A stretch of 64,000 nucleotides of DNA from Methanobacteriota archaeon (GCA_020696385.1 JAEHCQ010000001.1:544001-608000), one strand, 5' to 3'; shown: positions 30,040 through 40,533, counted from the first letter of the stretch. Notes: generated by a model from the sequence alone, not told the origin. Made by a program: numbers and translations.

Positions 30040-32958
30040 ATGAGCTTGGAAGGTTTTATTGGACGGGAGAAGAAACTGGCTGATCTTAGAGAAGGACTAA
30101 ATAAAGCTATAGAGGGAAAGGGAAATACCATCTTGATCTCTGGAGAGGCAGGTCTGGGAAAGACCACATTGATAAGGAAATTCCTAGCCTCTTCACCCAA
30201 TGATCCATTAGCTGTACTTTCTGGTACAGCATTGGAAGAATCATCTGAACCATTCCAGATATTCTCAAGAGCTCTTTCAAATAGGGGTAATAAACCTCTA
30301 TTTGAACAACATGAATACAGATCTTTTACCGAACTCTTTGCAGTAGATAGGGCAGGCATACTTGTAGGACAGGCGGCCCCGGATGATGAAGGACTGGATG
30401 GCGACATATTTGCAGGCATGCTCTCCGCAGTTCAGGATTTTGTAAGGGATTCTTTCGATAGGAGTTTGGAGAACAAAAATACCCTAGGTCGTTTGGAATA
30501 CGGCAATATGAAAATAATAATCGAACATGGAAATCATATCTTCTTAACAGCGGTTTTTACTGGCTCGGAACATGAGAACATGAAATCCACGGTTCGCAAC
30601 TCTTTGGATAGGATCGAGAGCAAATATGGCCATATACTAGAAAACTGGTCTGGCGATACAAGGGATATCAAAGGGATACAGGAGGAGATCGTTCTTCTAG
30701 CCCGATCGAAGTTCCTAGTTCGAAAGAGCCTGGAAGGTATAATCCTGGAACAGGAGAGGACCAGGATAGCGGAGGAGGTACTGGAGACCCTTCATGCTCT
30801 AAGCAGTGACAAGAGCATGATATTGCTATTAGAGGATCTTCAATGGGCTGATGAATCCTCGATATTTGTCCTGAATTATATATCAAGGAACATTCGAGAC
30901 CGAAGAATCATGATATTGGGCACCCTTAGACCCCGAGAAGGAAAACATGTGCTGGATGCCTTAGAGGACATCAGAAAGTATGGTGGGATCAATGTTTTGG
31001 ACCTGGATAAATTCGATGAAGGGGACATTGAAGATCTGACCTCTGCTCTTTTCCCCAATAATAAATTTCCAAAAGATTTTCTTGTAGACATGGCATCACA
31101 GAGTGGCGGTAATCCTTTTTTCGCTTCCGAGCTCCTGAAATCACTTAGGGGCAGCGGTAGCATTGTGGAGAAGGACGGCAAATACTATCTTGATGATGAT
31201 GACATATCGATGCCAGATTCCATAGAGGCTGTGGTGCATCATAGATTGGAAATGCTCGATTCCAGCTCTTTGTCCATGATGGAATTCGCATCCTGCGTGG
31301 GAAAGGAGTTCGACAGTGAGATATTATTATCCTCCGTCTCACTGAAGGAACCTGAAATTGTAATTGAAAGGATGAACAAAACAGGAATATTTACCAGGAT
31401 CAATGGCATAGATCAATTCGCCCATGCCATGTTCCAGAGCATCGTGTACGACAGCCTGCCAGAAAGATGGAAGATGCTCCATCACAAGGAGATCGGTGAG
31501 TGGTACGAGAAGGAATATGCATCCAAACAGGACGAGGCGATCTATGAGCTGGCGAGACATTTCTCCAATTCAAGGGAGCATACGAAGTGCTTTAATTATT
31601 GTAGATTAGCTGGCGAGAAAGCAGAAAGCTCTTTCTCACCTGACTTTGCCACGGAATTTTACATGAAGGCCGTGGACGTGATACCTAAGATGAAATTAGG
31701 ACCTCAGGCCAAAGGTCAGGAGTTCATGCTCTTGGAAAGGGTGGGTGAAATGAAAGGCCTGCTAGGATCTTCTGACAGTTCCCTTGAGACTTATTCCAGG
31801 GCACTTGATTCTGCAGAGGATGATGCATCAAAGGCCCGGATACATAGGCGCAGGGCTTACATCATGACAACGCATGGACAATTTGATGATGCGTTAGCTG
31901 AGCTTGATACTGCCGATACTTTGCTTGAGGGCACGGACCATGATGAAATGGGATTCTTGCTCATAGCCAGATCTTTCGTGAACCTGAATAAAGGGCACTT
32001 TGATGACACTATCTGGATGTCTCAGAAAGGCATCAAGATCCTCGATAAGGTGGATAATATCGATGCCAAAAAGACCGTGGGCAGAGCGTGGAAGATATTG
32101 GGAGTCTGCCATTTACTTATGGGTAATTTCGATGAGAGTCTCAGGTGTCACAATATGGGGAAGCAGATAGGGGAAGAATTAAACGACCTATACGGTCTGA
32201 GTGCGGCTTACAATAACATAGGAAATATATATCTGACCATGGGATCGTTCCATGAGGCATTGGATCATTATGAGGAAGCCTTAAAGCTCTTGGAAAAGAT
32301 CAAGGATATCCAAGGAAAATCATACACACTCAATAATATCGGCGTCATAAAGAAGAACTTGGGGGAGTATGAGGAAGCCCAAGAATACTACGAAAAATGC
32401 CTGTTAATCATGGAAAAGATCGGAGACCCCAGCGGTATGTCCTCATCATGCAGTAATATCGGGAATGTCTTCGCAGAACAAGGAAGGCATGAAGATGCCC
32501 TCAAGTCGTATGAGAAGGGGTTGGAGATAGCGCGACGTATAGGTGATAAACAACAGATAGTGAATAATCTTTCATCATTGGTACCTTCAAGGGTTGCATT
32601 GGGCCAGATAGAGAAAGCGGAGGAGGAGTGTAAGGAGAGTATCGAACTCTCTCTTGAGATCGGATCCAAAAGAACAGAGATATGTGGGATCAGGACCCAA
32701 GGACTTATCCATACAGCAAGAGGCCAGTATGAAGATGCGGGCGATTGCTTTGAATTGGCCTCAAGCACCTTTAGTGAACTTGGAATGGAGGTTGAAGTGG
32801 CCAAGACACTATATGAACATGGAGTCATGTTCTTTAAGGCGGGTCATGATCAAAAAGGACATGAACTGATAAAAGAGGCAAGAGAAATATTCAAAATCTC
32901 AGGCATGGTCAAACTGGTGGAGGATTGTGACAGGATCCTGAAGTCCAATATGAAATAA
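30040..32958 (+). CDS. STAND/AAA_16 NTPase with internal longin/roadblock-like insert and C-terminal TPR array
   Basis: FIGRE, GEAGLGKT, LLLEDLQWAD, SGGNPFF, FAHAM; repeated AYNNIGNIY-type TPRs. Confidence 0.88.
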   Translation: MSLEGFIGREKKLADLREGLNKAIEGKGNTILISGEAGLGKTTLIRKFLASSPNDPLAVLSGTALEESSEPFQIFSRALSNRGNKPLFEQHEYRSFTELFAVDRAGILVGQAAPDDEGLDGDIFAGMLSAVQDFVRDSFDRSLENKNTLGRLEYGNMKIIIEHGNHIFLTAVFTGSEHENMKSTVRNSLDRIESKYGHILENWSGDTRDIKGIQEEIVLLARSKFLVRKSLEGIILEQERTRIAEEVLETLHALSSDKSMILLLEDLQWADESSIFVLNYISRNIRDRRIMILGTLRPREGKHVLDALEDIRKYGGINVLDLDKFDEGDIEDLTSALFPNNKFPKDFLVDMASQSGGNPFFASELLKSLRGSGSIVEKDGKYYLDDDDISMPDSIEAVVHHRLEMLDSSSLSMMEFASCVGKEFDSEILLSSVSLKEPEIVIERMNKTGIFTRINGIDQFAHAMFQSIVYDSLPERWKMLHHKEIGEWYEKEYASKQDEAIYELARHFSNSREHTKCFNYCRLAGEKAESSFSPDFATEFYMKAVDVIPKMKLGPQAKGQEFMLLERVGEMKGLLGSSDSSLETYSRALDSAEDDASKARIHRRRAYIMTTHGQFDDALAELDTADTLLEGTDHDEMGFLLIARSFVNLNKGHFDDTIWMSQKGIKILDKVDNIDAKKTVGRAWKILGVCHLLMGNFDESLRCHNMGKQIGEELNDLYGLSAAYNNIGNIYLTMGSFHEALDHYEEALKLLEKIKDIQGKSYTLNNIGVIKKNLGEYEEAQEYYEKCLLIMEKIGDPSGMSSSCSNIGNVFAEQGRHEDALKSYEKGLEIARRIGDKQQIVNNLSSLVPSRVALGQIEKAEEECKESIELSLEIGSKRTEICGIRTQGLIHTARGQYEDAGDCFELASSTFSELGMEVEVAKTLYEHGVMFFKAGHDQKGHELIKEAREIFKISGMVKLVEDCDRILKSNMK

Positions 32959-32961
32959 TCA

Positions 32962-33128
32962 TCATAATATCCTCGGACCGATGATCTGCCACAGTATGAG
33001 AAATAGAATGGAGAATGCAAGGAACATGGTCATCGAATCGATGGACTTTGTTCTTTTATCGGCTTCCATATTGGGCTTCAGCTTTTTCGAAATGTCAGTC
33101 AGCCAGTCCTTGAATATGTATCCACCGT
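32962..33128 (-). repeat. 167-bp direct duplicate of the site-2 protease 3' end (33321-33487)
   Basis: 160/167 identical; all 7 differences are synonymous in the protease frame. Confidence 0.95.
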
Positions 33129-33278
33129 GAGCCTTTTCTTTTATCCTCGCTGCGCCTTAGTTCGAATCGCTATGCTTCTCGAACTAATTATTTGCGAAAT
33201 TTACGCAAATAAGAGCTCGGGCTCCAAAAGAACAAGTATCACAGTGCAAAAGAAAACTCGCCCTCACCTACTCGCTCG
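33129..33278 (-). mobile_element. Putative non-autonomous structured mini-element between the duplicated gene ends
   Basis: Two adjacent 9-bp hairpins (33157-33187, 33188-33212) enclosed by CCTCGC...GCTCGG; T-rich/A-rich arms; related copy at 24192. Confidence 0.55.
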
Positions 33279-33320
33279 TTGTATTTGTTAAGCTGGGTGT
33301 GAGTAAGAACCATGCTCAAT

Positions 33321-34676
33321 TCAAAGTATGCGCGGCCCGATGATCTGCCACAGTATGAGAAATAGAATGGAGAATGCAAGGAACATGGTCATCGAATCTA
33401 TGGACTTTGTTCTTTTATCGGCTTCCATATTGGGCTTCAGCTTTTTCGAAATATCAGTCAGCCAGTCCTTGAATATGTATCCACCGTCCAGAGGAACCGC
33501 AGGTAGAGCATTGGTAAGGCCGACCATGAGATTGAGCCAGAAGATCCAATAAAAGGAATTGGCTATTACCCAGAAGATAGATTCGGGGATGGATGAAAGT
33601 GGGCCAGTGATCTCGTAGAAGACACTTGTCTCTTCAGTTACTGGGCTCATCCTCTGCAATGGCAAAGTGATGTACAGGGCCATTGATTGGATGATGCCAC
33701 CCTGCTCATCCGCTCCCTTGAAGGGGTGGAAAGCATCGGTGGATATGTCCTGAGTGGAGACACCCAGATAGCCTGTGCCATTATCTTCATCTTCCTCTGT
33801 ATAATCATATCTATTGGCTAGAGTGAGAGTGATTGAATCGAATCCCGTATCCTTATGATAGGTCTCGATCGTGATATTCTGTCCCGCGGTGGTATCTTGA
33901 ACAAGATCCGAGAAATCACCATAGGTTTCGACAGGAACTCCATCAAAGGAGACCATGATAGAACCTGCGGTCAAATTGTCGTAGGCTGGAGAATCTGGTG
34001 TGATGCCAGTTATTCCAATACCTTCGCCATTGTTCGCAGGGCCGACAGCTCCCATGAGCAGACCGGAAAAGATGAGCGCACATACCGCAGCGACTATGAG
34101 ATTGGATGCTGGACCGACAGCGAACATCCTCGTCCTGTGCTTGGAATCGATCTTCATGATCTTATCCTCATCGGGCTCCATGAAGGCTCCCATCGGGATT
34201 ATCCAGAAAGTGAGACCCAGTGATAGGACTTTCACGTCCGCATGTCTGGTCATTATGCCATGCGAGAACTCGTGAATTATGATAGCGACTACCAGGCCGA
34301 GAATACCATACCATAATGGGATTATCGGGTTTATGCCAGGCAGACCCAATAGCATGTGTGGTTCGACAACCGCGCTATCCGGTATTCTGACGACCAAAGT
34401 GGCCACCCAGACTAAGACCGCGGTCATAGTCAACATCGCCCCACCCACAAGGATGAGTGATATATTACCATAGAACTTGCAGAATTTTGTGTTCTTGGAT
34501 GCCCTCTCGATAAGATCGCGACCTTTCTTCGTCCTCCACATGAGGAAGGGGCCGTAGAAACTGAGATTGTACTTGTCCAGCTTGGCATAGTACTTACTCT
34601 TCCAGATGATGTACTCTACTATTATCCAGAGAAAGATTAGCCCGAAGGCGAACAGGTACCATTGTGTTAACGACAT
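33321..34676 (-). CDS. Site-2 (M50) intramembrane metalloprotease with PDZ domain
   Basis: HEFSH, GAFMEP, AVGPASN, NALPAVPLDGG; start MSLTQWY. Confidence 0.94.
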   Translation of the reverse strand: MSLTQWYLFAFGLIFLWIIVEYIIWKSKYYAKLDKYNLSFYGPFLMWRTKKGRDLIERASKNTKFCKFYGNISLILVGGAMLTMTAVLVWVATLVVRIPDSAVVEPHMLLGLPGINPIIPLWYGILGLVVAIIIHEFSHGIMTRHADVKVLSLGLTFWIIPMGAFMEPDEDKIMKIDSKHRTRMFAVGPASNLIVAAVCALIFSGLLMGAVGPANNGEGIGITGITPDSPAYDNLTAGSIMVSFDGVPVETYGDFSDLVQDTTAGQNITIETYHKDTGFDSITLTLANRYDYTEEDEDNGTGYLGVSTQDISTDAFHPFKGADEQGGIIQSMALYITLPLQRMSPVTEETSVFYEITGPLSSIPESIFWVIANSFYWIFWLNLMVGLTNALPAVPLDGGYIFKDWLTDISKKLKPNMEADKRTKSIDSMTMFLAFSILFLILWQIIGPRIL

Positions 34677-34884
34677 ATTATCCTCAGTTGAAGGCGGATA
34701 ATTGGTCGTGCTTATAAGTTTAACCCCCACTTTTTCCTTTTAAGATTATCTATGCTGGATGTCCAATTATAACCCTATAAATTTCTAAAATTTTTCATCC
34801 TGAACTAAGGCGGAAACTACATAACCTCTCAACCCAATCCCTGCCGTTCATCGCCATCCAGAGCTATGAAATAGGTAGCAAACA

Positions 34885-37800
34885 ATGATACGCAATGTAA
34901 AGAAAAAATACAGCAAGAAACAAGTGCTTGGGCAAATGCTTCCCCTTGTCCAGACATGGTTCGATAGGAGCTTTAAAGATGTCACAGAGCCGCAGGCTTA
35001 CTCTATCCCCGTTATACAACAACGCAAGAATATTCTGATATCATCCCCCACTGGCTCTGGAAAGACACTCACCGCCTTCCTTTCCATAATAAATGAATTG
35101 ATGCTCAAGCAGGAAAAGGAAGAGCTAAAGGATGAGATATACTGTGTCTATGTATCTCCATTGAAAGCTCTGGCCAATGACATTGACAAGAATTTGAAAC
35201 AACCACTAGCTGAATTGAAAGACATGGCCAAGGAGCTGGGCTTGGAAGCTCCAGAGATCCGTGTCGGTGTGCGAACTGGAGACACAACTCCCTACGAACG
35301 GCAGAAGATGGCGAGAAAACCACCACATATCCTGATCACCACCCCGGAATCACTGGCCATTGTCCTGACCACGCCGAAGTTCAGCGAGAATCTGAGATCG
35401 GTCGAATGGCTGATAACTGATGAAATTCACGAAATATGCAATTCAAAGAGGGGGTCGATGCTATCCATCACCCTCGAACGCCTGCAGTCTCGTCTGGAGA
35501 AGGATGCGACCAGGATAGGGCTGTCCGCAACCCAGTCCCCCATTAAAGAGATCGCCAGATTCCTGGGAGGTTACGAAAATGGAAAAGAACGGGATGTCTG
35601 GCTGGTGCAAGCAGAAGGGGGTAAGGATTTTGATATCAAGGTCATCACACCAGTCGAGGACATAACATCCCTGCCCTTTGAGATCGTCAATGCCAGGATG
35701 TACGATCGGCTGAAGGAGATGATCGATCAAACACGGACAACACTGGTCTTCACCAACACCCGGAGTGGGACAGAACAGGTGATGCTGAAGCTGGGAGAGA
35801 TGGGGCTGGAGGATATCGCGGCCCATCATGGCAGTCTGAGCCGGGAGACCCGATTGGATGTCGAGGATAGATTGAAGAATGGCGAGTTGAAGGCCGCCAT
35901 TTCATCCACATCATTGGAGCTGGGTATAGATATCGGAAGTATCGATCTCGTTTGCCAGATAGGTTCTCCAAAGTCCATCGCCAAGGGATTGCAGAGAGTG
36001 GGCAGAGCCGGCCATGGTGTCGGCCAGCAAAGCAAGGGGCGTTTCATGGTCTTTGATAATGACGACCTGGTGGAATGCGCGGTACTGGCTAAAAGCGCGG
36101 TGGACCATGACATTGACAGGGTGAGCATCCCGGAGAGCCCGCTGGATGTACTGGCACAAACTATTGTTGGACTTTCATTGGAGAAGAGGTGGGACATTGA
36201 AGAGGCCTATTCGCTTATCAGGAATTCTTATGCATATCACAAATTGACCAAGAAAGACTACATGTCGGTACTCAGATACCTGGGAAGCCGGGACATGCCG
36301 AATGTGTATTCCAAGATCTGGCTGGACGAGGATGAAGGAACATTCGGCGTAAAGAAAGGAAGCCGCCTCATCTACTATCTGAATAGCGGCACCATACCTG
36401 AAGAAGCGAACTTCAAGGTATTCTCCGACAAAGGAGGCAGGCTGGGAGAATTGTCCGAGGGATTCGTGGAAAAGCTTGGCCCTGGTGATGTCTTCGTTCT
36501 GGGTGGTAAGAGCTACAGGTTCGAAAGAGCCAGAGGCATGAGTCTGTATGTGAAGGACGCGACTGGTAAGAGACCGACAGTCCCTTCATGGACCGGAGAA
36601 ATGCTCCCCAGAAGCTTCGATCTTTCAGTCAATATAGGGAAGTTCAGAGAGCGAGTCACAGACCGAATTAGAGAACTTGATCCTGATAAATTATCAAAGA
36701 AAGAAGTGGATGGAAAAACCAGGGAATTGAAGGAATGGCTCGTCAGAGAATATCATCTGGATGGTCAAGGGGCGAATAGTATAATCTCATATTTTAGAGA
36801 GCAACTGGCCTTTAATAAAAATGTCCCATCCGATCGCGACCTGCTGGTGGAGGAGTACGTGGACAAGAAAGGCAATACGAATTTAATATTCCACTTCTGT
36901 TTTGGTAGAAGGGTCAATGATGCACTTTCCAGAGCCTATGCCATGATATTATCCGACAAATATGACACTAACATCAGTGTTTCGATAACTGATGATAATT
37001 TCATGCTCACCCTGCCGAAGGAGATACCTCTGGAGAATTTTGAAGGATTGATAGATGAGAAGAAACTAGTGGGGCTTTTGGAAAGGGCGGTTGGCGAGAC
37101 CGAGCTTTTCAAGCACAGGTTCAGACACTGCAGCACAAGGGGCCTGATGGTTCTCCGTAACTATCAGGGAAGATCAGTGCCTGTTGGCAGACAGCAGCAG
37201 AGGGCGCAGAAGGTTCTGAGAGCCATAAGTGATTCGGATGACTTCCCCCTGGTGAAGGAAACTTACAGGGAGATCATGACCATGGTTATGGATCTGGACA
37301 ATGCAAGGGAGATCATCAGGTCTATCGAGGCAGGCAAGAGGGTGATGCATTACTCCAGCAGCAATGAGATACCATCGCCCTTTTCACATAATGTCGTCCT
37401 GTCTGGCATGTCGGATATCGTACTGATGCACGACCGCAGTGCTTTGCTCAAAGAAATGCACAGAAAAGTTCTTGATAGGATCGGGGGAGCGGGTTCGATA
37501 AAGCCCGAGTTCAAGACAGCGATTGTCAAGGAGCATTTTGCTGGCAAATTGCTGGACATGCATGTGAGGAAAAAGGAGGATATCATCCCACTTATGCGAA
37601 TGACTGGCCCCTTGGAATTATTCCAGAGAAAGGACAGGAGCATCTATGACTTCTCGGATGTCGAGACCAATATCCTGGCAGAATGGTGCAAGGAACTGGT
37701 CAATGATGGAGAAATTCATTCAGTATGGTCTGGAAGAAGTCTCTGGCTACCATCAGATATGGCAACCAGATACGCCTCGATCTACAGATCGGATGACGAG

Positions 37801-40401
37801 ATAACACCGGATGGTCAGAAGATCATCAATATACTGGATGATGCGAAAAAACCCATATCCACAAGATCCATATCCAAAAAACTAGAAGCCATGGACGAGA
37901 GTGAATGGGACAATGCGAGCACGAGAAAGGTATTGAACTCTCTCGAGAGGCGGTATCTCACGGCCAAGACCCAGATGGATGGAAAGGGCTTCGGACTTTG
38001 GGGGAAATTGGTGGTAGAACCTGCCCCGGAAGGGGAGAAGTATCTGAAAGATCGCGTGATCAACCATCTGGATCTTTTCGCACCCCTTTCATTGGAGGAA
38101 CTGTCCTTCGAACTTCGCCTTTCTGAAGAGGTGTTGGAAGGCGTATTGGAAGATATGCAATCCGAGATCGAAGTAATGGCGAAGTCTTTCACAGAGCCAT
38201 ATGTCCAGTACATGCTGGCTCAGGATTATTCCGATCTGAAGAGCACGGGAGAGGAGATCACCATGTCACCATCGGAATTGAGCAATTACCGCACCTGGAA
38301 ACATTTCAATGGATTCAAGAACATTGATGATTTCTTTGAAAGATACGGAAGTGTCGGGATGCTCAATGATGTAGTTTCCAGATTGGGACTGGATGGCATC
38401 GAGGATTGGGGTGAGAAAAGAAGAAGCGGGGATATCCTTCAGGGAAGATTCTGGGATGGGAGTGTTTGCTTTGTCAGGAAACAGGATGCGCCAAAATTCA
38501 TCAATGCCTTCAGAAAAGAGGAATTGGGCAAGGTGGACAAGCAGATATTGAAGATCATATCCGATAATCCAGGAGCGGATATAGTCAAGATACATGAGAT
38601 CTCGGAGATCCCGAAGGACGCGCTCAAGCCCATAGTGGAGAAATTGGATCGGAATATGCATATAGCGAGAAAGCCAGCGGAAAGAGCTGGCTTCAACCCG
38701 AACTTCGAATCCTGGTCAACCAGGAATAAATATTATAAATTGGATAGCAAACGATCTACTATTGATGGCAAGGCCTGGCTATTGAAGAAGCTGATATCGG
38801 CTTATGGACCGATATCAGCTTACGAGCTTGCCAGATCAGCTGGAATGAGGCGGGATGAGATAAGAGACCATCTGCTGAAGCTGAGAAAAACAGGGAAGCT
38901 GGCCGAGGTCTCCGTCATAGGTAGTGAGGGGCAGAAGCTCTATATCTGGGAGAAGGAAGTGAAGAGCCTTCGTAGTGGCGGAGGGAGAGCTCTCAAACAG
39001 GTGAAGGAAAAAGTCCATATCATGACCATCTTCGACCCTTTCGCCTTCCATCACAAGAATGAGATAAGAATGAAGTACGGAGATGCCTGGTACTACACTA
39101 TCTTCCGCGGCTCGAAGCTCATAGGTATGATGGAGATGTGGGAGATGAGCGGATGTCTCGAGATACGGGAACTGGATATCGACGATCCGGATGACCTGCC
39201 AGATGTTCTGAAGGCTATTGATGATTTTTCAGAATTCTACAAGCGCAACTATCACGAAGTTATCAGGATCACGGGAGCCTTTAGAGATAGTGTAGTTGAA
39301 ATGGATAAGAAATATATCAAGATATTCGAAAAGGCCGGGTACTTCAGATCGCGCAATTGGCTATTGAAAGGAGAGGTCGTCGATATGATGATGACCGATG
39401 ACCAGATGGTCTCCTACGCTCTCTGGAAACAACATGTCGTGCCAGAGAGGCATTTCCAGGATATCGAGGAAGGTCTGGCCAAGCTGGGCGGCTTCAAATC
39501 CGACCTGGAGACCGACCTCAGAGTGGATGATCCACGAAATCTTAAGAGGATGTTCAAGGACGAGATAGTCGAGCGAGGCCAGCTCATACCCGAATACATG
39601 ACCTATGCCCTACCTGAAGAGATGGCACTTTACAAAGCCGCGAAGCATGTGGAGATCGATAGAGAAATGAAGTACATGGTTACCGCACTTAACTGGGAGC
39701 ATGGATTGAAACGGAATAGATTGCTGGAATCCACCCCTCTGAGCTTCAGGAATGCGGCAGACGCTCTCACCCGCCTCAATAAAGGCCTCCATGTCCTTCG
39801 AGATCCAAAGAACAATTACTACCTCACCCCGGACTACAGGTATGATAGGGAAGAAGCCAGAGACAAGGTCCTCTGGCTTATTTTTGATTCCTTCGGGGTA
39901 TTCACCGCAGAAGGCCTATCCATGTACACCAAAAGCGAGTACAAGATGGGGGAGATAAGGAGAGCCCTGAGCAGGTTCGAAGCTCAGGGGAAATTGGTCA
40001 AAGGATTCTTGTCAGAAGATGATAATACATTATACTGGCTTGTAAAAGAAGACATGCCCAAATTGCCCATGGAACCTCATGATGTGAATATCATTCTCGC
40101 TCCATCCGCCTATGACAGATTATCCACATACCTCATGCCCATGACAAGGAAGAAATTCGGGTTTGGTTCATGCTTCATCGTGATATATGGAGGGATCATC
40201 GTCGGGGTCTTCAGGGCGAATATGAGAAGGACCGAGCTTCTGGTCGGGGAATACAGAGGCGAGAAAGAGGGATGGGGAATGATACAGGATTATGCGATCG
40301 ATATAGGGCGGCGGATGAGTATCAAGGAAAATGAGGATGTCATAAGTGAAGAGGAGATCATGGACTGGTATGATAAGACATCTGGCCGTGAATTTAATTG
40401 A
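34885..40401 (+). CDS. lhr: Lhr-family SF2 helicase with long winged-helix C-terminal extension
   Basis: SPTGSGKT, PLKALANDI, DEIH, SAT, HHGSLS, LELGIDIG, QRVGRAGH; 1838 aa. Confidence 0.93.
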   Translation: MIRNVKKKYSKKQVLGQMLPLVQTWFDRSFKDVTEPQAYSIPVIQQRKNILISSPTGSGKTLTAFLSIINELMLKQEKEELKDEIYCVYVSPLKALANDIDKNLKQPLAELKDMAKELGLEAPEIRVGVRTGDTTPYERQKMARKPPHILITTPESLAIVLTTPKFSENLRSVEWLITDEIHEICNSKRGSMLSITLERLQSRLEKDATRIGLSATQSPIKEIARFLGGYENGKERDVWLVQAEGGKDFDIKVITPVEDITSLPFEIVNARMYDRLKEMIDQTRTTLVFTNTRSGTEQVMLKLGEMGLEDIAAHHGSLSRETRLDVEDRLKNGELKAAISSTSLELGIDIGSIDLVCQIGSPKSIAKGLQRVGRAGHGVGQQSKGRFMVFDNDDLVECAVLAKSAVDHDIDRVSIPESPLDVLAQTIVGLSLEKRWDIEEAYSLIRNSYAYHKLTKKDYMSVLRYLGSRDMPNVYSKIWLDEDEGTFGVKKGSRLIYYLNSGTIPEEANFKVFSDKGGRLGELSEGFVEKLGPGDVFVLGGKSYRFERARGMSLYVKDATGKRPTVPSWTGEMLPRSFDLSVNIGKFRERVTDRIRELDPDKLSKKEVDGKTRELKEWLVREYHLDGQGANSIISYFREQLAFNKNVPSDRDLLVEEYVDKKGNTNLIFHFCFGRRVNDALSRAYAMILSDKYDTNISVSITDDNFMLTLPKEIPLENFEGLIDEKKLVGLLERAVGETELFKHRFRHCSTRGLMVLRNYQGRSVPVGRQQQRAQKVLRAISDSDDFPLVKETYREIMTMVMDLDNAREIIRSIEAGKRVMHYSSSNEIPSPFSHNVVLSGMSDIVLMHDRSALLKEMHRKVLDRIGGAGSIKPEFKTAIVKEHFAGKLLDMHVRKKEDIIPLMRMTGPLELFQRKDRSIYDFSDVETNILAEWCKELVNDGEIHSVWSGRSLWLPSDMATRYASIYRSDDEITPDGQKIINILDDAKKPISTRSISKKLEAMDESEWDNASTRKVLNSLERRYLTAKTQMDGKGFGLWGKLVVEPAPEGEKYLKDRVINHLDLFAPLSLEELSFELRLSEEVLEGVLEDMQSEIEVMAKSFTEPYVQYMLAQDYSDLKSTGEEITMSPSELSNYRTWKHFNGFKNIDDFFERYGSVGMLNDVVSRLGLDGIEDWGEKRRSGDILQGRFWDGSVCFVRKQDAPKFINAFRKEELGKVDKQILKIISDNPGADIVKIHEISEIPKDALKPIVEKLDRNMHIARKPAERAGFNPNFESWSTRNKYYKLDSKRSTIDGKAWLLKKLISAYGPISAYELARSAGMRRDEIRDHLLKLRKTGKLAEVSVIGSEGQKLYIWEKEVKSLRSGGGRALKQVKEKVHIMTIFDPFAFHHKNEIRMKYGDAWYYTIFRGSKLIGMMEMWEMSGCLEIRELDIDDPDDLPDVLKAIDDFSEFYKRNYHEVIRITGAFRDSVVEMDKKYIKIFEKAGYFRSRNWLLKGEVVDMMMTDDQMVSYALWKQHVVPERHFQDIEEGLAKLGGFKSDLETDLRVDDPRNLKRMFKDEIVERGQLIPEYMTYALPEEMALYKAAKHVEIDREMKYMVTALNWEHGLKRNRLLESTPLSFRNAADALTRLNKGLHVLRDPKNNYYLTPDYRYDREEARDKVLWLIFDSFGVFTAEGLSMYTKSEYKMGEIRRALSRFEAQGKLVKGFLSEDDNTLYWLVKEDMPKLPMEPHDVNIILAPSAYDRLSTYLMPMTRKKFGFGSCFIVIYGGIIVGVFRANMRRTELLVGEYRGEKEGWGMIQDYAIDIGRRMSIKENEDVISEEEIMDWYDKTSGREFN

Positions 40402-40533
40402 ATAGCCCATCTATTTATGTTTTGTGGGAAAAAACTTATGAAGTGGCTTTCTTTCACCGACCCAATAGGTGATTTGAATGTGCGAACCGAGTTAGCATAT
40501 TCAAAATTCCGAAATATAATTGAGGAATTCAAT

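Noticed and set aside
32962-33487. Diversity-generating retroelement template/variable repeat pair
   Set aside because: The differences are synonymous and not adenine-specific, and no reverse transcriptase is present.
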